IMG/VR virus record: IMGVR_UViG_3300012914_000001
Location: 1 to 60,630 of that record
Direction: 5' to 3' (one strand)
Source of the DNA: a virus
Lineage: Duplodnaviria > Caudoviricetes
Length of the DNA: 60,630 nucleotides
Program-made: the position numbers and the translations under genes
In this document: positions 44,171-52,177 of the stretch, one piece after another
Layout of the letters: each line of letters starts with the position of its first letter
Position numbering within the stretch: position 1 is the first letter of the stretch
The notes under the pieces: model-generated
Seen by the model: only the letters and a program-made list of their open reading frames with translations
Told to the model about the DNA's origin: nothing
Databases searched by the model: none

Positions 44171-45468
44171 CGACCGCCAAACCCGATAAACCCTCGACGC
44201 TCCGAATCGTCGACCTGAAAGTGCAGAACATCAAACGTGTACGCGCCGTGCACATAACGCCGAACGGCGAGTCGACGGTCATACTCGGCGGCAAAAACGG
44301 GGCGGGTAAGTCGAGCGTCCTCGATGCAATTCAAATGGCGCTCGGCGGCGCCAAGGCGATCCCGGCCGACCCCGTGCGGCACGGCGCCAAGCGTGGATCG
44401 ATCGTCGCGAACCTCGGCGACCTCGTCGTCGAGCGAGTCATCGCATCGGACGGCGCGACGACGCTGACGGTGCGCGACGCCGACGGCAATAAAAAGAGCA
44501 GCCCGCAGCGCCTGCTCGACGAACTCTGTTCGCGCATCGCGTTCGACCCCTTGGCGTTTATGACCATGGATCCGAGCAAGCAGAACGAGACTCTGCGGCA
44601 GCTGCTCGGCCTCGACTTTTCGACGCTCGATGCCGAACACGAGCGCTGTTACTCGAAACGCACCGACATCAATCGCGACGCCGCCGCAGCGCGCGCGACC
44701 GCCGAGGCGCTCGTCGTTGCCCCGAACGCACCCGCGCACCCGGTCGTCGTCGCCGACCTGCTCGCACAGCTCGAGTCAGCGAACGCGCAGGCCGAGGTCG
44801 TCCGCACGCACGAGCGGTCCCTGACGACGCTGCGCACCGACATCGACAATCTGCAGCGCGAGGCCGACCGCATCGACGCGCAGCTGATGCAGAAACGAAT
44901 GCAGCTGAAAGGACTCGAGCGCCAGCCGCCGCCGGCGGCGCCGGACACGGCGGCGATCAGCAAACAGATCGGCGAGGCCGAGCTGACGAATCGTCACGTG
45001 CACCTGCGCGGGCAGCGCGACGCGCTCGAACAAAAGGCGACGGCGCTCGAGGAATCTGCCGCCAAGCTGACGGCGAGGCTCGCCGAAATCGAGGCCGACA
45101 AAGCGCGGCAGCTCGCCGCCTGCACGTTCCCGGTGCCGGGCCTGACCCTCGGCGACGACGGCCCGATGCTCGACGGCGTGCCCCTCGTGCAGGCGAGCGC
45201 TGCACAGAAACTGCGGGTGTCGGTCGCCCTCGGCCTCGCCATGAACCCGAGGCTGAAAGTGTTGCTCGTGCGCGACGCCTCGCTGCTCGACGAAACGAGC
45301 CTCGCCCTCGTCGCCGAAATGGCGGCAGCCGCCGACGCGCAGGTGTGGCTCGAGCGGGTCGGCGACGGCGACCCGACCGCCGTCGTCATCGCTGACGGGC
45401 AGGTGTCGGGCGACGTCGAGCCGGCGAACGACGCGACCCCTGCGCCCGGCGCGGCTGCCTCGGCATGA
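44167..45468 (+). CDS. SbcC/Rad50-like ABC ATPase with coiled coil
   Basis: LKVQNIKRV, GKNGAGKSSVLDAI Walker A, coiled coil, ASAAQKLR signature, LLVRDASLLD. Confidence 0.85.
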   Translation: MTTAKPDKPSTLRIVDLKVQNIKRVRAVHITPNGESTVILGGKNGAGKSSVLDAIQMALGGAKAIPADPVRHGAKRGSIVANLGDLVVERVIASDGATTLTVRDADGNKKSSPQRLLDELCSRIAFDPLAFMTMDPSKQNETLRQLLGLDFSTLDAEHERCYSKRTDINRDAAAARATAEALVVAPNAPAHPVVVADLLAQLESANAQAEVVRTHERSLTTLRTDIDNLQREADRIDAQLMQKRMQLKGLERQPPPAAPDTAAISKQIGEAELTNRHVHLRGQRDALEQKATALEESAAKLTARLAEIEADKARQLAACTFPVPGLTLGDDGPMLDGVPLVQASAAQKLRVSVALGLAMNPRLKVLLVRDASLLDETSLALVAEMAAAADAQVWLERVGDGDPTAVVIADGQVSGDVEPANDATPAPGAAASA

Positions 45469-45475
45469 CCCCCTG

Positions 45476-45847
45476 TCACCCCGCCTTTCGTTCGGCAACC
45501 AGACGCGGTCTGGTTGCCGATGGCAGCGGCGTCAGCTCGGCAGCGCGCTCGTCAGCCTCGGCGAGGAACGCCTCGAGCGTCAGGCCTCGCCGCCCGGACA
45601 GCGCGGCATGGTTCGCGCACAGCGGCACGCTTTCCGCGCCGAACGCGACGAGCCGCAGCACCCGCGAGAACGCGATCCCGCACGAGGGCACGGCGCAGGC
45701 GAGGCCCTCGACCTCGGTCCCTCGGCACTTGCGGACCCGGCACCGGACGCACCGGGTGCCGCTCGGGATCAGGACGCCGCAACCGCCCTCGCACAGTCGA
45801 GGCTCGGGCGCCGGTCGCTTAAATCGGGCTTTCCGTAAGTTCAGCAT
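45476..45847 (-). CDS. Zinc-finger protein in inverted orientation
   Basis: CEGGC..CVRC..CAVPSC..LCANH; fills the gap in the + strand operon. Confidence 0.55.
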   Translation of the reverse strand: MLNLRKARFKRPAPEPRLCEGGCGVLIPSGTRCVRCRVRKCRGTEVEGLACAVPSCGIAFSRVLRLVAFGAESVPLCANHAALSGRRGLTLEAFLAEADERAAELTPLPSATRPRLVAERKAG

Positions 45848-45923
45848 AACCGCGTCAGTGGCACGGCCGTTTCCGGCTGGCCAAGTTTCAGACGCAACGG
45901 CGCCGGCCGCAGGGCGCAGCAGG

Positions 45924-45952
45924 GTTTCAGCTGTAACGTTCCACGCGAAACG
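45924..45952. repeat. 29-bp repeat containing parS-like CGTTCCACGCGAAACG (copy 1)
   Basis: 28/29 identical to 46979-47007. Confidence 0.6.
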
Positions 45953-45955
45953 GGG

Positions 45956-46168
45956 GTGCCCGTGAAACGCCCGGCGAATTGTCTCTGCCCGGCGTGCGGC
46001 GATCAGGGCGTCGTCGCCTCGTACGGCGGCGGGCGCCATTTCGTCGCCTGCTGCCTGACCTGCAGCGAGCGCCCGTTCGCGCCCTCGGGCAGCGGCAGCA
46101 GCGAGGGGCAGGCCGTCGACCGCTGGATCCGCGCCGCCGAGCGCGCCGTGCTACGGGGTGCCGCATGA
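45956..46168 (+). CDS. Lar-like (restriction alleviation) zinc-ribbon protein
   Basis: CPACG....FVACC.TC....QAVDRW pattern. Confidence 0.45.
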   Translation: MPVKRPANCLCPACGDQGVVASYGGGRHFVACCLTCSERPFAPSGSGSSEGQAVDRWIRAAERAVLRGAA

Positions 46169-46392
46169 TCCGGCAGCTGCTCGCCCTCGCGTTCCGGACC
46201 GTGCGCGACGCCTACCGTCAGGCTCGCTCGCTCGATGCTGCGTTCGCCCCGCTGCGACCCGCCGAGAAAGCTGCCCGCGTCGCCCTGCGCGAGGCGTACG
46301 AGCGGCGCTGCCCTCGCTGCGGGTATCAGAGTTTCGGGCGACCGCACTGCCCGATGTGCGACGCGCGGATCGCGAGGCCTGACAATGGCTGA
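46165..46392 (+). CDS. Zinc-ribbon hypothetical protein
   Basis: CPRCG..CPMC. Confidence 0.55.
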   Translation: MIRQLLALAFRTVRDAYRQARSLDAAFAPLRPAEKAARVALREAYERRCPRCGYQSFGRPHCPMCDARIARPDNG

Positions 46393-46663
46393 AGGCGAAC
46401 CCGACGTGTGTTGGCACTGTCACGTGTGCCTCGTTCCCGAGCCGGCGCACTGCGATCAGTGCCCGCCGCCGGGCGAGTGCGACCTCGTCGGGTGCATCGA
46501 GCCGGGCTGCTGCGGCGAGTCGCCGGTGCCCTCGCGCCTCGACCGCTGCCTCGACCTGCTGCGGCGGGTCATCGACGAGGACCGTGACCCCGCGACGCTG
46601 CGGGCCCTGTCGCGCGACATCGCGAACGAGCTTGGCGTGCCCGACCCGCTCGCACAGAATTGA
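46385..46663 (+). CDS. Cys-rich hypothetical protein
   Basis: CWHCHVC..HCDQC..ECD..GC..GCC. Confidence 0.55.
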   Translation: MAEGEPDVCWHCHVCLVPEPAHCDQCPPPGECDLVGCIEPGCCGESPVPSRLDRCLDLLRRVIDEDRDPATLRALSRDIANELGVPDPLAQN

Positions 46664-46667
46664 CCCC

Positions 46668-46814
46668 GTGCCCCTCGCCGTCGTCCTGATCGCCGTCGCC
46701 CTGATCGCCGTCGCCCTGCTCGTCGCGTTCGGGCTCGGCGTCCTCGTCGGGCGCCGGCGCGAGCGACGACAGCTCGAGCAGCGCCTGTTCGGGATCATGG
46801 TGCGACCGCGATGA
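46668..46814 (+). CDS. Small membrane protein
   Basis: LAVVLIAVALIAVALLVAFGLGVLVG then RRR. Confidence 0.55.
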   Translation: MPLAVVLIAVALIAVALLVAFGLGVLVGRRRERRQLEQRLFGIMVRPR

Positions 46815-46972
46815 ACCGCACCGTTCTCGCCGTCCTCGATGTCGTCGCGGCAGCGTACCTCGTCGCGTTCGCCGCCGCGTGCGTCGCCGGGCTGCAGGTG
46901 TTCCCGGCGCCGTTCGGCGTGCTCGTGCCCGCAGCGCTCGGCAGTGTCGCCGTGATCTGGATCCTGCGATGA
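46811..46972 (+). CDS. Small two-TM membrane protein (not in ORF track)
   Basis: 53 aa, two hydrophobic segments; ATGA overlaps on both sides. Confidence 0.55.
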   Translation: MNRTVLAVLDVVAAAYLVAFAAACVAGLQVFPAPFGVLVPAALGSVAVIWILR

Positions 46973-47694
46973 CCGGGCGTTTCAGCAGTAACGTTCCACG
47001 CGAAACGCGCGCCTGCGCATGGTGTCGCCGGCAGCTCTCGGCGACGGCCCCCGGGTGGCAGCGGTTCTGCGACAAACGCTGCCGTCAGACCGAATGGCGT
47101 GCGCGGCAGGTGTCCCTGATGGAGGGGCGCGACGGGCAGCCTCGCCGGGTCGGGTACGCCGATCCGCCGTACCCGGGCATGTCTTACCGTTGCTACGGCG
47201 ATCAGCCGAACTATGCCGGCGAGGTCGATCATGCCGAGCTCGTCGAGCGGCTGCGGGGTTTCGACGGGTGGGCCCTGTCGACGTCAGCCAAAACGCTGCG
47301 GCAGGTGCTGCTGCTGTGCCCGCCCGAGGCCGACGTCGCCGCTTGGGTCAAACCGATCGGGGTCAGCCGCAAAACGCGCGGGCCGCACAACACATGGGAA
47401 CCGGTGATCTACGTGCCGGCGCGCCTGCGGCAGCCCGGCATGCGGGACTGGATCGCGGCGATGCCCGCCCGCGGCGGCGACTCGGACCTGCTCGGGCGCA
47501 AACCGCTCGCGTTCTGCCGGTGGCTGTTCGAGCTGCTCGGCGTCGCGCCGTGCGACACGTTCGTCGACATGTTCCCGGGCAGCGAGGTCGTCACCCGGGC
47601 GTATGCCGCCGCGTCGCTGCAGGCCTCGGGCGACGAGGTGTCTCGACGCGTTCTCGGCGACGGGTCGATCGAGTCGTTCAGTTCGAGGGTTTGA
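46969..47694 (+). CDS. Amino-DNA methyltransferase-like protein (N6A/N4C, beta-type motif order) with N-terminal zinc finger
   Basis: YADPPY, AWVKP, WEPVI, KP..FC.W, VDMFPGS; N-terminal CAWC..FCDKRCR. Confidence 0.75.
   Translation: MTGRFSSNVPRETRACAWCRRQLSATAPGWQRFCDKRCRQTEWRARQVSLMEGRDGQPRRVGYADPPYPGMSYRCYGDQPNYAGEVDHAELVERLRGFDGWALSTSAKTLRQVLLLCPPEADVAAWVKPIGVSRKTRGPHNTWEPVIYVPARLRQPGMRDWIAAMPARGGDSDLLGRKPLAFCRWLFELLGVAPCDTFVDMFPGSEVVTRAYAAASLQASGDEVSRRVLGDGSIESFSSRV
46979..47007. repeat. 29-bp repeat containing parS-like site (copy 2)
   Basis: GTTTCAGCAGTAACGTTCCACGCGAAACG. Confidence 0.6.
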
Positions 47695-48124
47695 CGCCGC
47701 AGCCCTCGCGCAGCAGGGCCTCGACGTGACGCACGTCGAGGCGCCCGGCGTCGATGATTAGCTGCGCGGCGTCGAGTCGGCGCAGCTGTTCCTGCTCGCG
47801 GAACAGCCGGCGGTCGGCGCGCTCGCGCTCGAGCACGTGCCAAAAGGCGCCGCCCGTCAGCAGCAGGACGAACACGCCGGCCCATGCCGCGAGCTTGATC
47901 GTCATCGAGGCACTGCGCACCTGCTGTTTCGTGTCGGCCGCCTCGCGCAGAACGTCGAGCATGTCGGCGCTGCGCTTGTCCCATGCGTCGAGGATCGGTT
48001 TCATTTGCGTCCCGAGCTCGGTACGCACGGCGTCGCGGATCCATAGCTGCTGCGTCGAGGTCGGCGGCGGCGCGTCGTCGTCCTCGATGACGAGCTCGAG
48101 GCGGGGGTCGGTTCGGTCAGTCAT
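47678..48124 (-). CDS. Single-TM protein, last gene of the lysis region
   Basis: LAAWAGVFVLLLTGGAFW between helical segments. Confidence 0.6.
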   Translation of the reverse strand: MTDRTDPRLELVIEDDDAPPPTSTQQLWIRDAVRTELGTQMKPILDAWDKRSADMLDVLREAADTKQQVRSASMTIKLAAWAGVFVLLLTGGAFWHVLERERADRRLFREQEQLRRLDAAQLIIDAGRLDVRHVEALLREGCGVKPSN

Positions 48125-48332
48125 GTGGCTTGCCCTCGAGGGCGTCGCGCCCTGCGCGTGCGTTGCGTCTGATGCGGTCGGCGAGCTCGCGGCCGTCGAC
48201 CGCGAGCCGGCGGGTTTCGCGACGGGTGCACTCGATCGCGAGGTCGAGCTGCCCCTGCACCTCGTCGAATGGTTCCGGTGGCAGGACCGTCTGCCTCGGC
48301 GGGTCGAGCCACTCGCGCAGCCAACGCCACAT
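48117..48332 (-). CDS. Hypothetical protein (lysis region)
   Basis: MWRWLREWL..; packed between neighbours. Confidence 0.5.
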   Translation of the reverse strand: MWRWLREWLDPPRQTVLPPEPFDEVQGQLDLAIECTRRETRRLAVDGRELADRIRRNARAGRDALEGKPHD

Positions 48333-48334
48333 GT

Positions 48335-48754
48335 TCACGGCCCACCCCGCGGCCGCCGGTCGGCGACCGTCCGTTCGAGGACCTGCAGCTGCGCGAGCAG
48401 TTTCGTCAGCACGTCGTCCTGACCCCGCAGTCGTTCCGTGATCTGCCGCTTGTTCTCGGCATCGGCCTCGAGCAGCTTGGCGAGTTTCTCGACGAACTGA
48501 TCTTTCGCCGCGTTCGCTGCTCGCCGCTCGGTCCGTTCCTCCTGTCGGTCCGCTTTCTCCGAACGAACCCACAGCAGCAGCACGGCGCCGACCGTCGAGG
48601 AACCGATCAGGCTCCACAGCGCATTCAAGGGATCGCCGGTCTGCGACGTGGCTGACGTCGCGGTCGTCGCATGCTGCGCGAGGGCTAGCGCCTGCGTCGC
48701 AGCGAACGAGCCGCAGGCGCCCGCGAACGCCGCCGCCGCGAGACGAGCTTTCAC
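48335..48754 (-). CDS. Holin/antiholin-like membrane protein
   Basis: Signal-like N-terminus, TM LWSLIGSSTVGAVLLLWV, coiled coil; directly after the endolysin. Confidence 0.5.
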   Translation of the reverse strand: MKARLAAAAFAGACGSFAATQALALAQHATTATSATSQTGDPLNALWSLIGSSTVGAVLLLWVRSEKADRQEERTERRAANAAKDQFVEKLAKLLEADAENKRQITERLRGQDDVLTKLLAQLQVLERTVADRRPRGGP

Positions 48755-49215
48755 GGTCGCCCATACCGCCGCACGAACTCGCCCGCGAGCTCGACGTGCC
48801 AAGCGTCGATGAACTTTTCGTCGCCGCGCGACCGGCCGTCGCCGTCGAAATCGAGCCCGACACGGATCGGGATCCCGAGCACGATCGCCCGGGCGTCGAA
48901 TATCCCGATCAGGCGCGCGATGCGCAGGTCGTCTTTCCAAGCAGGCGCTTTCAGGTCGACGTCGTACGGCGCGACGTCGACCGCGAGCGAGAAAGGCCGA
49001 CCGTCTAGCTCGACGTTGTGCATGCTGTCGGGCCAATGCTTCGTTGACGCTTTGTCTGCGAATGCCTTTTCCTGCGCGACCTTGTCACGGAACCCGCAGA
49101 TCAGGCTGAAATCGAACTTGGCGGGAACGAACGCCGCGACGTCGTCGACGAGCACGACGAGCGGCGGCGCGAGGGTCGCTCGCACCGCGAGGCTAGCTTT
49201 CCCGAATGTGATCAC
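48751..49215 (-). CDS. Endolysin, M15-family (L-Ala-D-Glu type) peptidase
   Basis: FGKAS, DFSLICGFR...Q, SMHN...SLAVD, D..HVEL zinc-ligand motifs. Confidence 0.85.
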   Translation of the reverse strand: MITFGKASLAVRATLAPPLVVLVDDVAAFVPAKFDFSLICGFRDKVAQEKAFADKASTKHWPDSMHNVELDGRPFSLAVDVAPYDVDLKAPAWKDDLRIARLIGIFDARAIVLGIPIRVGLDFDGDGRSRGDEKFIDAWHVELAGEFVRRYGRP

Positions 49216-49682
49216 TCGGCCGCCTGCGCCTCGGGCGGCCCGGCCTCGAGCGAGGCACTCGTCACGTCGGGCACGGCGACGCCGGCTCGCTGCGCCTGAC
49301 TGATCTGCACCGACAGTAGGAGCTCGCGCATGGTGCGGGTGATGTTCTCGACGGCGCAGGTCGTCGCGATGATTCGCGCTGCGTCGGCACCCGAGCGTTC
49401 GGCGAGCGCCTGCGCGAGGCCCTGACAGGCGAGCTGCACGTGCTCGTCGACGTGCCGCAGGATCGGTTTCACCCGTGCCGACGGTCCGCAGCCGAACGAC
49501 GTAAACAGTGCGAACGCGCACGCTGCGATGACGACCGTCGACAGCGCGGTCACGGTCACGACCCCTGCGCGCAGAAATGGTTGCTTCAGATTTGGCGGAC
49601 CGAACACTGCTGTAAAGACGAGCGCGGCGCCCGCGCCGAGCCCGAGGACGCCGAGCACGATTAGGAGTGTTTCGAGGTTCAT
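49212..49682 (-). CDS. Two-TM membrane protein with lipobox-like Cys (lysis accessory?)
   Basis: Two hydrophobic helices then FGC|GP; AAAGG SD and TGCTACTCT -10 upstream. Confidence 0.55.
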   Translation of the reverse strand: MNLETLLIVLGVLGLGAGAALVFTAVFGPPNLKQPFLRAGVVTVTALSTVVIAACAFALFTSFGCGPSARVKPILRHVDEHVQLACQGLAQALAERSGADAARIIATTCAVENITRTMRELLLSVQISQAQRAGVAVPDVTSASLEAGPPEAQAAE

Positions 49683-49716
49683 GTGCTTACCTTTCGACCT
49701 GCGCAGAGTAGCAGTG

Positions 49717-49854
49717 TCAGGGTCCGTCGCCCATCGCCTCGCCGTCGAGCACTGCGCCCTCGACGACATGGGCCTCGCATTCCACCCCTGAAACAACCGG
49801 CTCGGCGTCGACGACGACGCCCTCGATGACGGCGGCAGACAGCTCGACCGTCAT
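49717..49854 (-). CDS. Small acidic Val-rich protein
   Basis: 45 aa; ATGA coupling. Confidence 0.45.
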   Translation of the reverse strand: MTVELSAAVIEGVVVDAEPVVSGVECEAHVVEGAVLDGEAMGDGP

Positions 49855-50174
49855 ACGCCGTCGCGCAATATCTCGACCGGGCGCCAACGGGTCCGCAGCA
49901 CCGCGCCGCCGACGAGCGTGATATCGGCGCGCACGCGGGCCGTGCCCTCGGCGCCGGCGGGAATGTCGTCCTCGTCGTGCGAGCGCGTCAGCGTCGCGCT
50001 CGTCTCGGTCGCAGCGCTGACCGTCGCAGGCCACGTCGCGGCGCTGCCGTTCGCAAACCGCACGAGCAGGCTCGCGGTGTCGATCGTCGACAGGTCGAAC
50101 TCGCCGCCCGAGCTCGTCACCTCGAACACCGTTCGAACCGGCGCTGCGGCGCCCACATAAAGCGATCCGGACAT
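49851..50174 (-). CDS. Beta-sandwich virion accessory protein (BppU-N-like)
   Basis: LYVG..FEV..FDLS....LLVR..G..ATW pattern. Confidence 0.55.
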   Translation of the reverse strand: MSGSLYVGAAAPVRTVFEVTSSGGEFDLSTIDTASLLVRFANGSAATWPATVSAATETSATLTRSHDEDDIPAGAEGTARVRADITLVGGAVLRTRWRPVEILRDGV

Positions 50175-50187
50175 GATGGTTAAACGA

Positions 50188-50298
50188 GTCGGCCTCGCTA
50201 CAGAGAACACTCGGGCAAGCACTCCCGAGTGCTCGACTCGCTGACGGCAACGTGCCGACATACACGGCGACGGCAGCGAGCCCTGCGTCGAGACCGAC
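50188..50298 (-). ncRNA. Candidate structured RNA (~111 nt, three-way junction)
   Basis: Extended -10 TGGTATAGT at 50314-50306; terminal stem and two arms fold with G-U pairs only on the minus strand. Confidence 0.55.
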
Positions 50299-50344
50299 CG
50301 CGTCGACTATACCAGGGTTCGCGCGAGTCGGTAGCGCTGCGCGA

Positions 50345-50854
50345 TCAGCTGCCGAGCAGCGTGCGCATTTCGTTCAGCGCGCCTGCCCATCCGTCGTTGT
50401 CGTACTGCGTCGTTTCCGTCGCGACGACGGCGCGGCATCCGTTGACGTCGCGCACGGCGATCATGCGCTCGTGCACGAGCTGCGGCCGCGGTCCGGTTCG
50501 TCCGTCGGGCAGCGTGCCCATGCCGCCGTTGACGACGCACCGGACGATCCATGAATGCCCGCCCTCGCTCGGCAGCGTCACGGCGACGGTGCCGTCGACG
50601 GATATCGGCGACACTGCCGGGCCCGACGTCGCGCCGACGAGCGTCAGCGCCGGCGCACCGGGACTGCAGCGCGGCGGGTTCGCGGCGATCCCGAGCTCGG
50701 GATCGAACCCGTCGGCGCTGAATACTTGGAACAGCACGGTCGACACCCCCGCCGGCGGCAGCTGTTTCAGCCGCAGCACGAGCTCGGCGTCAGGATCGGC
50801 GTCGAACCCCTGATCGCTGCTGTCGGCGTTGATCGTAAAAAGCGCGTCTGCCAT
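50345..50854 (-). CDS. Stand-alone paralog of the N-terminal anchor domain of the adjacent fibre
   Basis: MADALFTIN.DSSD.G..WIVRCVVNGG..LVHER.IAVRD.NG..ATETTQYD.DGWAG shared with 50864-52174. Confidence 0.8.
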   Translation of the reverse strand: MADALFTINADSSDQGFDADPDAELVLRLKQLPPAGVSTVLFQVFSADGFDPELGIAANPPRCSPGAPALTLVGATSGPAVSPISVDGTVAVTLPSEGGHSWIVRCVVNGGMGTLPDGRTGPRPQLVHERMIAVRDVNGCRAVVATETTQYDNDGWAGALNEMRTLLGS

Positions 50855-50863
50855 GGGTTCCGT

Positions 50864-52174
50864 TTACAGCGGCTCGAGCTGAAAGTCGTCGATGTGGGCA
50901 AAGTGACCGAACGACGCCGTGCCGACGCACCTGACATTCGCGTAAACCGGGTTAGTCGGCGGCAGCTGCGCACCGTTGCCGAGCGCCGTCGAGTGCGTCG
51001 TCCGCAAAACGCCGCCGATATAAAACCGCCATTCGTTCGCGCTGACCCGCTCGATCTCGAGCTCTTGGAACAGCCCGGATGTCGTCGCGACACCGGTGTC
51101 TTTCGCGACCGCGACGCCGCCGCCGGTGCTCGTGTAGCTATGCCAATTGCCCGGTGCGCCTGCAGCTAGCCCGCCCGCGTAGTCATAAAAGAAACCCGCG
51201 AACACCTCGGCCTCGACAGAGAACCCAGACGCCGAGCAGAGTGCCGTCCACATTTGCCCGGCGTTATTGACGGGCGATCCAGGGGCAACGCGATAACGTA
51301 CCTTGCTCAGCCGCGACTGACCGATGCCGCTGCGACCGACGCAAATGCCGGCCATTGAACTATTGCCGACGCCCGCCGTGATGCGGACGGCGCCGATGCA
51401 GGGATCGCCGACCGGCTGATCGCAGAAACAGGTGCCCTGCCCGCTGAACTCGAAAAAGCTCCACCCTAGATCGCCGATGTTCGCCGTAAACGACGACGCA
51501 TTGATCGGCGAGGAACTCGATGCGGCGTTGCCGCCGACGAACGTGTCGCGAATGACGCTGCTGCCGCCGCCGCCTGCCGGACCCTGCGGACCCGCGGGTC
51601 CTGTCGCGCCTGTCGCGCCGGGCGCGCCGGGGGCACCGTCAGCGCCGTCAGCGCCGTCCGCACCCGCAGGGCCCTGCGGGCCCTCGATGACGGCGAACTC
51701 GCCTGCCCATCCGTCGAGGTCGTACTGCGTCGTTTCCGTCGCAATGATGGGCCGCACGCCGTTGCCGTCGCGGACCGCGATCAGCCGCTCGTGCACGAGC
51801 CGGGGGTCGAACACGACGCGCCCGTCATCGAGCGTCGCCTGCCCGCCGTTGACGACGCACCGGACGATCCAGGCGACCCGGTCGTCGGCAGGCAGCTCGA
51901 CCGTGACCTCGCCGTCGACGCTGCTCGGCGACACGTTCGGGCCCGACGTCGCGCCCTGCAGGACGAGGTCGGGCGCGCCCTTGCTCTTACGCGGCGGGTT
52001 CGACAGCGGGTCGAGCGAGGGGTCGAACGCCGCGGCGTCCCACACCTGAAACCGCACCGTCTGCACGCCGCTCGGCGGCTGCGTTTTGAGCTGCAGCACG
52101 AGCTCCTCGAGCGGGTCGGCGTCGTACCCTCGATCGCTGCTGTCGCCGTTGATCGTGAAAAGCGCGTCTGCCAT
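50864..52174 (-). CDS. Short collagen fibre with lectin/concanavalin-like head
   Basis: Anchor domain, G-X-Y run, beta-rich head (DTGVA..ELEI..RFYIGGVLRTTH). Confidence 0.75.
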   Translation of the reverse strand: MADALFTINGDSSDRGYDADPLEELVLQLKTQPPSGVQTVRFQVWDAAAFDPSLDPLSNPPRKSKGAPDLVLQGATSGPNVSPSSVDGEVTVELPADDRVAWIVRCVVNGGQATLDDGRVVFDPRLVHERLIAVRDGNGVRPIIATETTQYDLDGWAGEFAVIEGPQGPAGADGADGADGAPGAPGATGATGPAGPQGPAGGGGSSVIRDTFVGGNAASSSSPINASSFTANIGDLGWSFFEFSGQGTCFCDQPVGDPCIGAVRITAGVGNSSMAGICVGRSGIGQSRLSKVRYRVAPGSPVNNAGQMWTALCSASGFSVEAEVFAGFFYDYAGGLAAGAPGNWHSYTSTGGGVAVAKDTGVATTSGLFQELEIERVSANEWRFYIGGVLRTTHSTALGNGAQLPPTNPVYANVRCVGTASFGHFAHIDDFQLEPL

Positions 52175-52177
52175 GCG

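Noticed and set aside
50188-50298. tRNA, 5S rRNA or SRP RNA
   Set aside because: No cloverleaf or TTCG T-loop, no 5S CCGAAC loop, no SRP helix-8 motif
50345-52174. Diversity-generating retroelement (template/variable repeat pair)
   Set aside because: No reverse transcriptase; both copies are coding N-terminal domains and the differences are not adenine-specific
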